NCBI GenBank assembly: GCA_964507425.1 | Contig: CAZDQD010000015.1 | Location: forward strand, 1,071 to 65,070 | Direction: 5' to 3' | Source of the DNA: an uncultured Vicinamibacteraceae bacterium | Lineage (GTDB): Bacteria > Acidobacteriota > Vicinamibacteria > Vicinamibacterales > UBA8438 | DNA length: 64,000 bases | In this document: piece after piece, positions 1 to 9,723 of the stretch | Position numbering within the stretch: the stretch's first letter is position 1 | Layout: every line of letters starts with the position of its first letter | The notes under the pieces: model-generated | Told to the model about the DNA's origin: nothing | The model's input: the letters and a program-made list of their open reading frames with translations, nothing else | Database searches by the model: none | Translations under genes and position numbers: made by a program

Positions 1-115
1 TAGATTGCCAAATGGTGTCGGGGGGGGAGTGGTGGTCGTGACCGACGTTAGTTCGTTGAACCATGGCTGTGGCGTGTGACACACTCTTCCCATTAACTTT
101 CCGATAGGGGATTTC

Positions 116-2146
116 ATGCGGCGACAATATCTGGTTTCGTTGGCGGTGATTACATTAGTGGGAGTCTTTAACCCGGTCGTGGGTGTCAACGCGCAGGACG
201 AAGACTGGAGTGGTTATCCAGCGACGGAATGGCCACTCGCGGGTGGGCACTTTGGTCAGACTCGTCACTCAACGTTGGATCAGATTACGCCAGACAACCT
301 AGAGCGGTTAGGCGGTGCGTGGGTGACTGAACTCGACGGTGGTGAAGTGACGCGGTCAACTGCTGTCGTGCAAGACGGTTTGTTATTCCTCAGCACCGGG
401 TTGGGACATCGAGCGTTCGATGCAACAACTGGGGAAGAGCGATGGCGCCACGATGCGCCGGTTGGTCGAATGAACAAGGGCGTTGCACTCGGTTCAGGTT
501 TAGTGTTTGCCGGATTGGGCGACGCCCGTTTGGTTGCGCTGGACCAGCAGACAGGCGAACGGGTTTGGGAACATTTGGTCGGTGTGGAAGGACAGGTCGG
601 GCAGTGGATCCCGGCGCCACCTACCTATGCTGATGGGTTGGTGATTACGGGCATGGCTAATGGTGACAGTTACCTGCGTGGTCGTGTTGTGGCTCTTGAT
701 GCGCTTACAGGTGAGCGCCGTTGGCTTTTTGAAGTCATTCCTCCGCCCGGCGCGTTTGGGTCGGAAACATGGCCCACCGATAGTGACGTTTGGAGGTGGG
801 GTGGAGGTGGAGTCTGGATGACTCCAACCGTAGACGTTGAGTTAGGCATGTTCTTTGTGGGAACGGGAAACGCGGTCCCCATGTGGGGCGGAGAACTGCG
901 CCCTGGCGATAACCTCTTTACAGCCTCGGTGGTGGCTCTTGACCTTTATACGGGTGAGTACAAGTGGCACCAGCAACTTGTGCATCACGAAATGTGGGAG
1001 CATGACCTCGCCACGCCATTGATTGTCTACGATGCGACAGTAGAGGGAGACACGCGGAAAGCTGTGGCCGCGATGCGGACGGACGGCTATCTTTTCATGC
1101 TTGATGCGGAAACAGGTGAACCTATTTATCCGATTGAGGAGCGTGAGGTTCCTCAAAATGATTTCTTGAATACGTCGCTGACGCAGCCGTTTCCCGTTGG
1201 GGCGGACAAGATTGGGCCTTACTGTGTGGATCCAGCAATGATTCCGGAAGGTTTTGAGGCCGGTTGTTACTACGACCCGATCGGACCGGATCAGCCGAAC
1301 GTGTTTATTCCGTACATGAATATGCGGTTTGCACCGATGTCCTATAGCCCGGTTACCGAATATTTTTATGGAACCTCCTGTGTATACCCACGATGGATTA
1401 AGCGCCCAGAAAATCCTTGGTTTTTTAGCAGTACGGCCGTTCGTGCGCCAGGATTGAGGCAATACGGCCTCCACGTGGCTATTGACAGCCGCACGAATCG
1501 AATTGCGTGGCAGCACCGTGTGCCTTATTCAGATTGCAATGGAAGCGGTGCTATGACGACGGCGAGTGGGTTGATGTTTCACACCGATGCGGATGGGAAC
1601 TTTGGCGCGTTCGATCAGCGAACTGGTGAGCGACTCTGGCAGTTTCAGACTGGCCAGATTGGCGTACCAGGGAGTAATGGATTGGGAGGCGGACCGGTGG
1701 TGACGTACGAGGTCGCGGGCGAACAATATTTGGCACTAACGATGAATCGTTTGGTGTGGGCATTCAAATTAGATGGGACGGTGCCGCCCCGGCCTGCACC
1801 GGAACGGCCGATCACGGTGTTACCGTTTCAAGGGCCGATTGTCGACACCGATACGATTGAGTTGAAGCGCGTAATCGTGCAGGACAATCAGAATATGCAA
1901 TGGCGCGACGAGTGGCACGACGAGTATGGTTTGACGCCGACACGAGCTTCCGTCACTTCAGGAACGCGGGTAACGTGGACGAATCCGACAGAACTTACCC
2001 ATACCATTGCTGCCCGGGATGGCTCCTGGGCAACTGGACCTATCGCTCCTGGTGATTCGGATTCTGTGGTAATCGATGTGGTGGGGGAACACGAGTATGT
2101 GTGTACTGACCATATGTGGACTATCGGGCAGCTCATCGTTGAATGA
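116..2146 (+). CDS. Secreted PQQ-type (quinoprotein) beta-propeller dehydrogenase with C-terminal cupredoxin domain
   Basis: Signal peptide; W-docking propeller repeats (DATTGEERW, DQQTGERVW, DALTGERRW); GGGVWMTPTVD, GTGN, RPGDNLFTASVVALD; C-terminal VTWTN...THT...YVCTDH cupredoxin pattern. Confidence 0.85.
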   Translation: MRRQYLVSLAVITLVGVFNPVVGVNAQDEDWSGYPATEWPLAGGHFGQTRHSTLDQITPDNLERLGGAWVTELDGGEVTRSTAVVQDGLLFLSTGLGHRAFDATTGEERWRHDAPVGRMNKGVALGSGLVFAGLGDARLVALDQQTGERVWEHLVGVEGQVGQWIPAPPTYADGLVITGMANGDSYLRGRVVALDALTGERRWLFEVIPPPGAFGSETWPTDSDVWRWGGGGVWMTPTVDVELGMFFVGTGNAVPMWGGELRPGDNLFTASVVALDLYTGEYKWHQQLVHHEMWEHDLATPLIVYDATVEGDTRKAVAAMRTDGYLFMLDAETGEPIYPIEEREVPQNDFLNTSLTQPFPVGADKIGPYCVDPAMIPEGFEAGCYYDPIGPDQPNVFIPYMNMRFAPMSYSPVTEYFYGTSCVYPRWIKRPENPWFFSSTAVRAPGLRQYGLHVAIDSRTNRIAWQHRVPYSDCNGSGAMTTASGLMFHTDADGNFGAFDQRTGERLWQFQTGQIGVPGSNGLGGGPVVTYEVAGEQYLALTMNRLVWAFKLDGTVPPRPAPERPITVLPFQGPIVDTDTIELKRVIVQDNQNMQWRDEWHDEYGLTPTRASVTSGTRVTWTNPTELTHTIAARDGSWATGPIAPGDSDSVVIDVVGEHEYVCTDHMWTIGQLIVE

Positions 2147-2172
2147 ATGATTGATGTGAGTCTCTCATCCTT

Positions 2173-2703
2173 ATGCGAATACGAGATATTTGGCCGGTCG
2201 TAGTGGTGTCATTGGTTCTGACACCGGTTGGGATGAGTGGTGATGAACTTCCCGCCGGTATTGTTGGTGTTTGGGATACGGGAGATGGTGCGCACGTAGA
2301 AATTTATCAACGAGATGGCAAATATCACGGCAAGTTTGTCCACTTTTATGATGAGCCACCGGCTGGCGGTGTCGATGCGAAGAATCCGAATCCCGCGTTA
2401 CGGGGACGGTCGCTGGTTGGTACTGACTTCATCCTCAACTTTGATTTTGTGGACAACAAGTGGAAGAACGGCCGTATCTATAATCCTGAAAATGGCAAAC
2501 AATATAAGGCTGATCTAGAACTAACGGATGGAGTCTTACATGTCAGAGGTTGGGTCCTGTTTCGTTTGCTAGGTCGGACCGTGAGGTGGGTACGGCTCGA
2601 TAAGGCGACGAGTCAACAATTTAAAGATGTTCCGCGTAGGTCGGTTTCCTTTAGTCAGCTTGTACGGCGTTTAGTAGCCACCCACACGGGCTGTAGTACT
2701 TAG
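2173..2703 (+). CDS. DUF2147-family exported protein
   Basis: Signal peptide; GVWDT...VEIY...DAKNPNPALRGRSLVG...WKNGRIYNPENGKQY...LHVRGW...GRTVRWVR matches the recalled DUF2147 pattern. Confidence 0.75.
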   Translation: MRIRDIWPVVVVSLVLTPVGMSGDELPAGIVGVWDTGDGAHVEIYQRDGKYHGKFVHFYDEPPAGGVDAKNPNPALRGRSLVGTDFILNFDFVDNKWKNGRIYNPENGKQYKADLELTDGVLHVRGWVLFRLLGRTVRWVRLDKATSQQFKDVPRRSVSFSQLVRRLVATHTGCST

Positions 2704-2726
2704 GAATCGTTTTATAGAGGTATTCC

Positions 2727-4676
2727 ATGCGACGAGTGTTACTTTCTGTGTTGGCAATAGCTTTCTTTTCGACTTTCAGTTCCGAAGCTCAGACTGTTCC
2801 GGTGGGTGAGTGGCACGCGTATGGTGCCGACGGTGCGAACAACAAATACTCACCACTTGATCAAATCACAGTGACTAATTTTACGGACCTCGAAATTGCC
2901 TGGCGGTGGTCGTCAATCACGACGGAGGTGACCGAGGAGCGTACAAACATCAATGCGGGTCTTTTTAAGGCAACACCTTTGATGGTTGGCGGGTTGGTTT
3001 ATGTGAGCACCGCGCTAGGGCAGGTGGCCGCATTATCCGCCGGTACAGGCGACCCAGTGTGGACATACGACCCGAGAAGTTACGATCGGCTTGAGAAGCC
3101 GGCAAACATTGGTTGGCAGCATCGGGGCGTGTCCTATTGGCGAGACAGTGAGGGAGATGACGCCAGGATTTTTATTGCGACTCACGATCAACGACTGATT
3201 GCCCTTGACGCAGACACCGGTGTTCCGAGTGCGGGGTTCGGTGCGAACGGAATTGTTGACTTGAGTGGCAGTCTTGGACGCCCGACGGATCGTGCACGTC
3301 TTACCCATTCATCGCCGGTCGCGATCGTGCGGAATACCGTGGTCGTTGGTAGTTCCCTTACCGACCAGACGACAACGCGAGAGGCTCCGCCTGGACATGT
3401 GCGGGCATTTGATGCCCGTACCGGTGCGATGAAGTGGATCTTTCACACGATTCCACAAGGTGATGAGTTCGGTGCTGATTCGTGGCAGAACGAGTCATGG
3501 CGTTACAGCGGTCATACCAATGTCTGGGGCAACATGGCAGTCGATGAAGAACTCGGGTATGTGTATCTTCCAATCAGTACGCCGACCAACGATTGGTATG
3601 GGGGAATGCGACCAGGCGACAATTTATTTGCTGAAAGTATCGTTTGTGTTGACGCTGAAACTGGTGAACGCGTGTGGCATTTTCAGGCTGTGCATCACGG
3701 CCTTTGGGATTATGACTTTCCGACAGCTGGGAACCTCCTCGACATCACGGTTGATGGTCGGACTATCAAAGCGATTGCTCAGCCAAGTAAACAGGCTTTC
3801 ACGTACGTATTTAATCGAGCGACTGGTGAGCCCGTGTGGCCGATCGAGGAGCGTCCGGTGCCTTCGGGAAACGTTCCTGGCGAGTGGTATGCGCCAACCC
3901 AGCCGTTTCCGACGAAGCCACCTCCATTCGATCTTCAGGGTATTGAGATCGACGACCTGGTTGATTTCACGCCGGAGCTTCGTGAGGAGGCGATAAGAAT
4001 TGCGAGCCGTGCGCAGTTGGTTCCAATGTTTTATCCGCCAGATGTGCGTGGGGAGGCTAAACCCATCATCCAGTCACCCGGTCCAGGTGGAGGTGTTAAT
4101 TGGCCTGGTGCAGCGGCTGACCCGGAAACAGGGTTGTTATTCGTCCCGTCGCAAACACGTCTGAGAGCGGTAGAACTTGTGAAATATGAAGCGCCAGCCA
4201 CGGTCGGTTATTTTACGGATCCGTGGGCTGTTCCAGTTCCGGGTCCGCAAGGCCTTCCGTTGGTCAAGCCGCCCTACAAACGGGTGACGGCTATTGACTT
4301 GAATACCGGTACGCATGCGTGGATGAGTCCGCACGGCGATGGACCGAGAAACCATCCTGCGTTGAGGCACCTCAATCTTCCAGCATTGGGCGGTCACAGT
4401 GGTATGCATGGTGGAGGTGCACTCGTAACCAAAACCCTTCTAATCGTGAATTCAGGTGGGCGCTACATGGTCGACGAGGCGGAGGGCGCGCGGACAATGT
4501 CTGCGTATCACAAAGCGAATGGCGAGTATCTGGGCTCCGTGATGTTACCGTCCGTCCCGAACGGCAATCCGATGACATATCTTCACGAGGGGCGTCAGTA
4601 CGTTGTGGTGGCCGTCGGTGGCGGAGGTGGTAGTGCTGCGCCGGAATTGATTGCGCTGGCGTTACCGGAACAATAG
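2727..4676 (+). CDS. Secreted PQQ-dependent dehydrogenase, glucose/quinate (mGDH-like) family without membrane anchor
   Basis: EWHAYG..KYSPLDQI, PPGHVRAFDARTG, GDNLFAESIVCVD, HHGLWDYD, WPIEERPVP, PTQPFPTKPPPF, GGVNWPG. Confidence 0.88.
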   Translation: MRRVLLSVLAIAFFSTFSSEAQTVPVGEWHAYGADGANNKYSPLDQITVTNFTDLEIAWRWSSITTEVTEERTNINAGLFKATPLMVGGLVYVSTALGQVAALSAGTGDPVWTYDPRSYDRLEKPANIGWQHRGVSYWRDSEGDDARIFIATHDQRLIALDADTGVPSAGFGANGIVDLSGSLGRPTDRARLTHSSPVAIVRNTVVVGSSLTDQTTTREAPPGHVRAFDARTGAMKWIFHTIPQGDEFGADSWQNESWRYSGHTNVWGNMAVDEELGYVYLPISTPTNDWYGGMRPGDNLFAESIVCVDAETGERVWHFQAVHHGLWDYDFPTAGNLLDITVDGRTIKAIAQPSKQAFTYVFNRATGEPVWPIEERPVPSGNVPGEWYAPTQPFPTKPPPFDLQGIEIDDLVDFTPELREEAIRIASRAQLVPMFYPPDVRGEAKPIIQSPGPGGGVNWPGAAADPETGLLFVPSQTRLRAVELVKYEAPATVGYFTDPWAVPVPGPQGLPLVKPPYKRVTAIDLNTGTHAWMSPHGDGPRNHPALRHLNLPALGGHSGMHGGGALVTKTLLIVNSGGRYMVDEAEGARTMSAYHKANGEYLGSVMLPSVPNGNPMTYLHEGRQYVVVAVGGGGGSAAPELIALALPEQ

Positions 4677-4724
4677 TACTTACAGTCTGATTTCTTTGGT
4701 CGTAAAGCTTGTAGGAGGCCGTGA

Positions 4725-6101
4725 ATGAAACGCCGTCGAGCACCCGCCAAACCCCAGACCGATGGTATTTCAGAGGGTTCCATTCAGTTGCCTTCTTCAG
4801 AGTTGTTGGCAGGGGGCGGCGACACAGCCGAACACGGGAAGGTTGACCGGCGTACGTTTCTGACGGCAGTGGGCGCCGGCATTGCGACAACAGCATCATC
4901 ATCAAGTCAGGCGTTCTCGGTGCAGACGCGTCGACCGGTGGATGTGGTCGTTGTGGGTGCCGGAACCTTTGGGATGTGGACCGCACTGCACCTCCAACGG
5001 TTAGGGGCACGGGTTACGGTTGTTGATGCGTATGGTGCTGCCAATTCACGCCAAACGTCCGGTGGTGAAACTCGTGGCGTGAGGACTTCCTATGGGGACC
5101 GTCCGCATGGGCGTCAATGGACTGGCTGGGCCGTTCGGGCGATTGACCGTTGGAAGTTGTGGGATGAGGAAGCTCGTGAACGTCTACTGCCACAGCTATT
5201 TTTTCAAACGGGCGATTTGATTCTTCGAGAAGAGGTGAGCTCATACATTACAGACACGCGCGCCAACTGGGGCGAATTGCAAATTCCCTATGAGACGCTG
5301 TCACCGGCCGAGGTGGCGTCGCGCTGGCCGTGGATTCGGTATGACAACTTGGGGGTCGCGTTGTACGAACCTGGTGCGGGGGTTGTTCGCGCGCGTCGCG
5401 CGATCGAGTCCGTGGCAAGAGTGTTTCGAGATGAAGGTGGTCAGATTCTCGTTGACCGTGCAACATTGGGACGACGTCGGGGGGCAACACTCGAAAATAT
5501 TCTGTTGAGTTCCCGTGATGCGCTGGAGGCAGGTATGTTTGTGTTCGCCTGCGGGCCATGGTTTCCAAAAGTCTTTCCTGCGTTGATGGGAAGACGGCTA
5601 CGGATTTCAATGGGTCATGTGTTTTACTTTGCAGTTCCAGCTGGTGACTCCCGGTTTGCCTATCCCAACATGCCGAGCTTCGGCGTTCCAGGTTGTACCG
5701 GATGGCCGGCGCTGCCATTGGACCATCGTGGCTTTCGGGTGCGTACCGGAGGGCGACCGCCAGATGACCCCGACACCTCAGACCGGTGGGTTGCGCAGGA
5801 GTATCATGAGCGTCCGCGCGAGGTTCTTCAGCAACATTTTCCAGATCTTGTGGGCGCCCCGATCAACGAAACTCGTGCGTGTCACTACGAGAGCAGCGTT
5901 GACAGCAATTTTTTTATCGACACTCATCCGGAGTTGAGTAATGTCTGGTTGGCTGGTGGTGGATCGGCTGAAGGGTTTAAGTTTGGCCCAGTTTTGGGTG
6001 AATACATTGCGAATCGACTCGTTGGTGGTGATCAGGAACCAGAATTGGCCGAGGCCTTTCGTCTGAAGCCTGAGCAGTTTGGCGATGGTGGTACGAGATA
6101 G
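4725..6101 (+). CDS. Tat-exported FAD-dependent oxidoreductase, sarcosine oxidase/D-amino-acid oxidase family
   Basis: AGGAGG at 4713-4718; DRRTFL twin-arginine motif; VVVVGAGTFG dinucleotide fold; TSGGETRG; ACHYE; GGSAEGFKFGPVLG. Confidence 0.82.
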   Translation: MKRRRAPAKPQTDGISEGSIQLPSSELLAGGGDTAEHGKVDRRTFLTAVGAGIATTASSSSQAFSVQTRRPVDVVVVGAGTFGMWTALHLQRLGARVTVVDAYGAANSRQTSGGETRGVRTSYGDRPHGRQWTGWAVRAIDRWKLWDEEARERLLPQLFFQTGDLILREEVSSYITDTRANWGELQIPYETLSPAEVASRWPWIRYDNLGVALYEPGAGVVRARRAIESVARVFRDEGGQILVDRATLGRRRGATLENILLSSRDALEAGMFVFACGPWFPKVFPALMGRRLRISMGHVFYFAVPAGDSRFAYPNMPSFGVPGCTGWPALPLDHRGFRVRTGGRPPDDPDTSDRWVAQEYHERPREVLQQHFPDLVGAPINETRACHYESSVDSNFFIDTHPELSNVWLAGGGSAEGFKFGPVLGEYIANRLVGGDQEPELAEAFRLKPEQFGDGGTR

Positions 6102-6165
6102 GCAGCGCTGTTGTTGCAGTTGACTGCTTTCGGATGTTCGGTTGGTAGTTCTTAGTGGTTGCTCG

Positions 6166-7749
6166 ATGAGAAACAAAGCTATTCCAATTCTGTTGGCTGT
6201 TCTCGTGTTTCCCGTGGCGGCACAAGATGACCGTTCCTACGATGTGATTGTGTCTGGTGGACGGGTCGTTGATGGGACTGGAAACCCCTGGATGTTTGCT
6301 GACCTGGGTATCCGAGAAGACCGCATTGCCTTTATTGGTGATCTTTCTGATGCTGTAGCGCGCAGAGTGATTCGCGCAGACGGGCTAGTCGTCGCACCGG
6401 GGTTTATCGATCCACATACGCATGCGGTCCGCGGTATTTTTGATGTGCCGACGGCGGATAATTATTTACTTCAAGGCGTCACCACGATCACGGAAGGAAA
6501 CGACGGTAGCTCTCCGTATCCAATTGGGAAACATTTGGAAGAGATAGAGCGACTGCGAATCAGCCCGAACTGGGCAGTCTTTGTGGGGCAGGGAACGATC
6601 CGTCGGGAGGTCCTCGATCTGGATGACCGAGTGCCGACGAATGGCGAACTAGACCAAATGCGAAAACTTGTTGCTGAGGCTATGGAGCAAGGAGCCCTGG
6701 GTGTTTCAACAGGCTTGTTCTATGTGCCAGGAAGCTTTACGTCGACTGAAGAAATAATAGCGCTGTCTGTAGTCGCAGCGGATTATCAGGGGATCTACAT
6801 CTCGCACATGCGCGATGAGGCGCAACGGTTACTCGAGTCCGTCCGTGAGACCATTCAAATTGGTGAGGAGGCAGGTCTGCCCGTTCAGATGACGCACCAC
6901 AAGGCCATTAGTCGGGATATGTGGGGAGCGAGTATTGATAGCCTTCGCCTGGTCGACATGGCACGTGCTCGTGGTGTCGACGTCACGATTGACCAATATC
7001 CCTATACAGCCTCACAAACATCACTGGCTGCATTAATTCCCCAATGGGCACAAGCTGGGGGAGATAGCGAACTGTTTGCTCGCCTAACGGATCCTGAAAC
7101 GCGACGGCGCATCAAGAGTGAAATCGTTTACCGCATCGAACATGATCGAGGTGGCGGACATCCACAGAATGTCGTGATTAGCCTGTGTGATTGGGACCGA
7201 GGTTTAGAGGGAAAGAGCTTGGCGGACATTCTTGAAGATCGGTCTGTTGACGTAACATTTTCAAATGCTGCCGAGTTAGTGATGACGATTGTTGAGTCAG
7301 GAGGCGCGCGGGCGATTTACCATGCCATGGACGAAGCGGATGTGGCGCGTATTATGCAGCATCCCGTCACAGTCATTGGTTCGGATGGTGGTGTGTCAGT
7401 GTTCGGCCAAGGCGTGCCGCATCCGCGTGAGTATGGGACATTTCCCCGTGTGCTTGGTCGGTATGTGCGGGAACAAGGCTTGCTGACGATCGAAGAAGCG
7501 GTACGGAAGATGAGCGGAGCGACGGCGGCGAGACTCGGCATCAAAGACCGCGGTTTGTTGAGGGAAGGATTTGTTGCTGATATTACTGTCTTTGATCCAG
7601 TACGTATCGAAGACCGTGCGACATTTTTAGAGCCGCACCAATATTCTGAGGGCGTCGAATTTGTGTTTGTGAATGGAGTGCTTGTTGTGGACGGTGGAAG
7701 CCACACTGGAGCCCGCCCAGGGCATGTTTTGTACGGGCCAGGGCGCTAG
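6166..7749 (+). CDS. N-acyl-D-amino-acid deacylase (D-aminoacylase) family amidohydrolase, exported
   Basis: Signal peptide from ATG 6166; PGFIDPHTH, SHMRDE, THHK, DQYPY, GSDG, HPREYGTFPRVLG. Confidence 0.85.
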   Translation: MRNKAIPILLAVLVFPVAAQDDRSYDVIVSGGRVVDGTGNPWMFADLGIREDRIAFIGDLSDAVARRVIRADGLVVAPGFIDPHTHAVRGIFDVPTADNYLLQGVTTITEGNDGSSPYPIGKHLEEIERLRISPNWAVFVGQGTIRREVLDLDDRVPTNGELDQMRKLVAEAMEQGALGVSTGLFYVPGSFTSTEEIIALSVVAADYQGIYISHMRDEAQRLLESVRETIQIGEEAGLPVQMTHHKAISRDMWGASIDSLRLVDMARARGVDVTIDQYPYTASQTSLAALIPQWAQAGGDSELFARLTDPETRRRIKSEIVYRIEHDRGGGHPQNVVISLCDWDRGLEGKSLADILEDRSVDVTFSNAAELVMTIVESGGARAIYHAMDEADVARIMQHPVTVIGSDGGVSVFGQGVPHPREYGTFPRVLGRYVREQGLLTIEEAVRKMSGATAARLGIKDRGLLREGFVADITVFDPVRIEDRATFLEPHQYSEGVEFVFVNGVLVVDGGSHTGARPGHVLYGPGR

Positions 7750-7829
7750 CTGTGGCTGGCTGTTGCACTACCGTGGACATTGGAAATTTGCACGTGCTTA
7801 TTTAGTGATCTGCGGTACAGCCAACGATT

Positions 7830-9692
7830 GTGGCGTCAGTGTGTAAAACTAGACAGGTGAAATATTTGACCGGAAAGGGAACTGTCGAAGTATTAGTCAC
7901 GTTTCTGGCGATGACTATGTGGGTGCCAGCTGTGGGTGCACAGAGTCTTGCGCCACTCGAATATACGGTTCGCTTTCCTAGTCCTTCAAATCATTACGCC
8001 GAAATTGAGATGGTGGTGCCTACCGACGGGCAGTCGACCGTGGAACTCATGATGGCGGTCTGGACACCGGGTTCGTATCTTGTCCGGGAGTATGCTCAGC
8101 ACGTTGAAGCGGTTACAGCCGTCACACCTGATGGGCGTACGCTGGCTGTCGAGAAATCTCGGAAGAATCGTTGGCGGGTTGAGTCGCCTGGACTCGATCG
8201 GTTTACGGTCAACTATCGGGTGTACTGCCGAGACATGAGCGTACGGACGAACTGGGTAGAGTCTGATTTTGCGATGCTCAACGGTGCTCCAACGTTTTTA
8301 ACGATAGCCGACTCTCAACCACGGCCTCACGATATTCGGTTAGAACTCGCTCCCGGTTGGACGGAGAGCGTGACCGGCCTTCCTCGCGGTGAGCGCGGGC
8401 TAAGTCACACGTATCGTGCCTCGGATTTTGATACGTTGGTCGACTCGCCCATAGTTTTGGGAAATCCGGCGACTTATGAGTTTGCGGTCGAAGGTGTCCA
8501 GCACCAACTGGTCAACATAGGGGAGGGTGGCATTTGGGATGGGTCGATGTCAGCTGCCCATATTGAGGATATTGTGCGTGAGGGTTACGAGACCTGGAGG
8601 TTTTTTCCTTACGAGCGGTTTCTATTCATCAACATGCTGACCGAAGCTGGCGGGGGTCTTGAACACAAGAATTCCACGTTGCTGATGGGCAGCCGTTGGA
8701 CGACCCGAGACCGTCGGCGTTATCTCCGCTGGTTAGAGACGGCAAGTCATGAGTTGTTTCACGCCTGGAACGTTAAACAGTTACGACCGATCGCCTTAGG
8801 TCCGTTTGACTATGAACAAGAGGCGTTAACCCCGAGTTTGTGGATGGTGGAAGGACTCACCTCGTATTACGGTATGTTGATGGTTCACCGAGCTGGTATA
8901 TCGACACGAGAGGAATTTTTTGACTCGCTTTCGGGAAATATTGAAGAACTGCAGACGACGCCAGGACGACTCTCGCAGTCAGCAGCCGAATCATCCTTCG
9001 ATGCGTGGATTAAATACTACCGGCGCAACGAAAACAGCTTGAACAGCTCGATTAGTTACTACACAAAAGGTGCGGTCATTGGGTTCTTACTTGATGCGCG
9101 GATTCGACAAGCAACACAGGGACGTCGGAGTCTCGACGACGCGATGAGAAACGCCTACGAGCAATATTCAGACGACCAAGGTTTTCGACCTGAAGAATTT
9201 GAAGCCGTTGCAGCTGAGGTGGCTGGGATAGAGCTTCTTAATTGGTTTGATCGCGCGGTGCGGTCAACAGACGAGTTGGACTATGAGGACGCGCTCGGCT
9301 GGTATGGACTTGCGTTTCAAGTAGATGAACGGGAGGACGTTCCTGCTTGGGTCGGGTTGAACACACGGATAGATCGTACGGGACGTCTTATCGTGACACG
9401 TGTACCTCGTGAGACTCCAGGATATGACGCGGGGTTTAACGTCGATGATGAAATCGTTGGAATTGACGAGTATCGCGTGAATTCAGAGGACTGGTCGCAG
9501 CGACTCGGCTTGTATAAACCCGGTGACACGGTCCGCGTGCTTATTGCTCGTCGCGAACAGCTCATGGAGCTCGATGTTCAGTTGGGCGAAGAGCCAGCAG
9601 ATGAGTGGAAGTTGGTTCCAGTGGAAGAGGCGTCTGCAGAACAGAACCGAAACCTGGATGCGTGGCTTGGAAGCGGCCCTGATGTGCCGTAG
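7830..9692 (+). CDS. M61 family (glycyl aminopeptidase-like) metallopeptidase with C-terminal PDZ domain
   Basis: MAVWTPGSYLVREY, DFDTLVDSP, GGGLEH, HELFHAWNVK zinc motif, EGLTSYY, YYTKGA; PDZ-like end (AGFNVDDEIVGID). Confidence 0.88.
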   Translation: MASVCKTRQVKYLTGKGTVEVLVTFLAMTMWVPAVGAQSLAPLEYTVRFPSPSNHYAEIEMVVPTDGQSTVELMMAVWTPGSYLVREYAQHVEAVTAVTPDGRTLAVEKSRKNRWRVESPGLDRFTVNYRVYCRDMSVRTNWVESDFAMLNGAPTFLTIADSQPRPHDIRLELAPGWTESVTGLPRGERGLSHTYRASDFDTLVDSPIVLGNPATYEFAVEGVQHQLVNIGEGGIWDGSMSAAHIEDIVREGYETWRFFPYERFLFINMLTEAGGGLEHKNSTLLMGSRWTTRDRRRYLRWLETASHELFHAWNVKQLRPIALGPFDYEQEALTPSLWMVEGLTSYYGMLMVHRAGISTREEFFDSLSGNIEELQTTPGRLSQSAAESSFDAWIKYYRRNENSLNSSISYYTKGAVIGFLLDARIRQATQGRRSLDDAMRNAYEQYSDDQGFRPEEFEAVAAEVAGIELLNWFDRAVRSTDELDYEDALGWYGLAFQVDEREDVPAWVGLNTRIDRTGRLIVTRVPRETPGYDAGFNVDDEIVGIDEYRVNSEDWSQRLGLYKPGDTVRVLIARREQLMELDVQLGEEPADEWKLVPVEEASAEQNRNLDAWLGSGPDVP

Positions 9693-9723
9693 ACGGCAAT
9701 TTGTGGTTGGGATCTAACGAGCA

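Noticed and set aside
2596-2703. C-terminal tail on the DUF2147 protein as a frameshift or pseudogene
   Set aside because: The domain is complete before the tail; a simple stop-codon shift explains it
4372-5718. Antisense ORFs of 212 and 156 aa, and the many other short ORFs in the track
   Set aside because: Nested in or opposite confidently assigned genes; no recognisable domains
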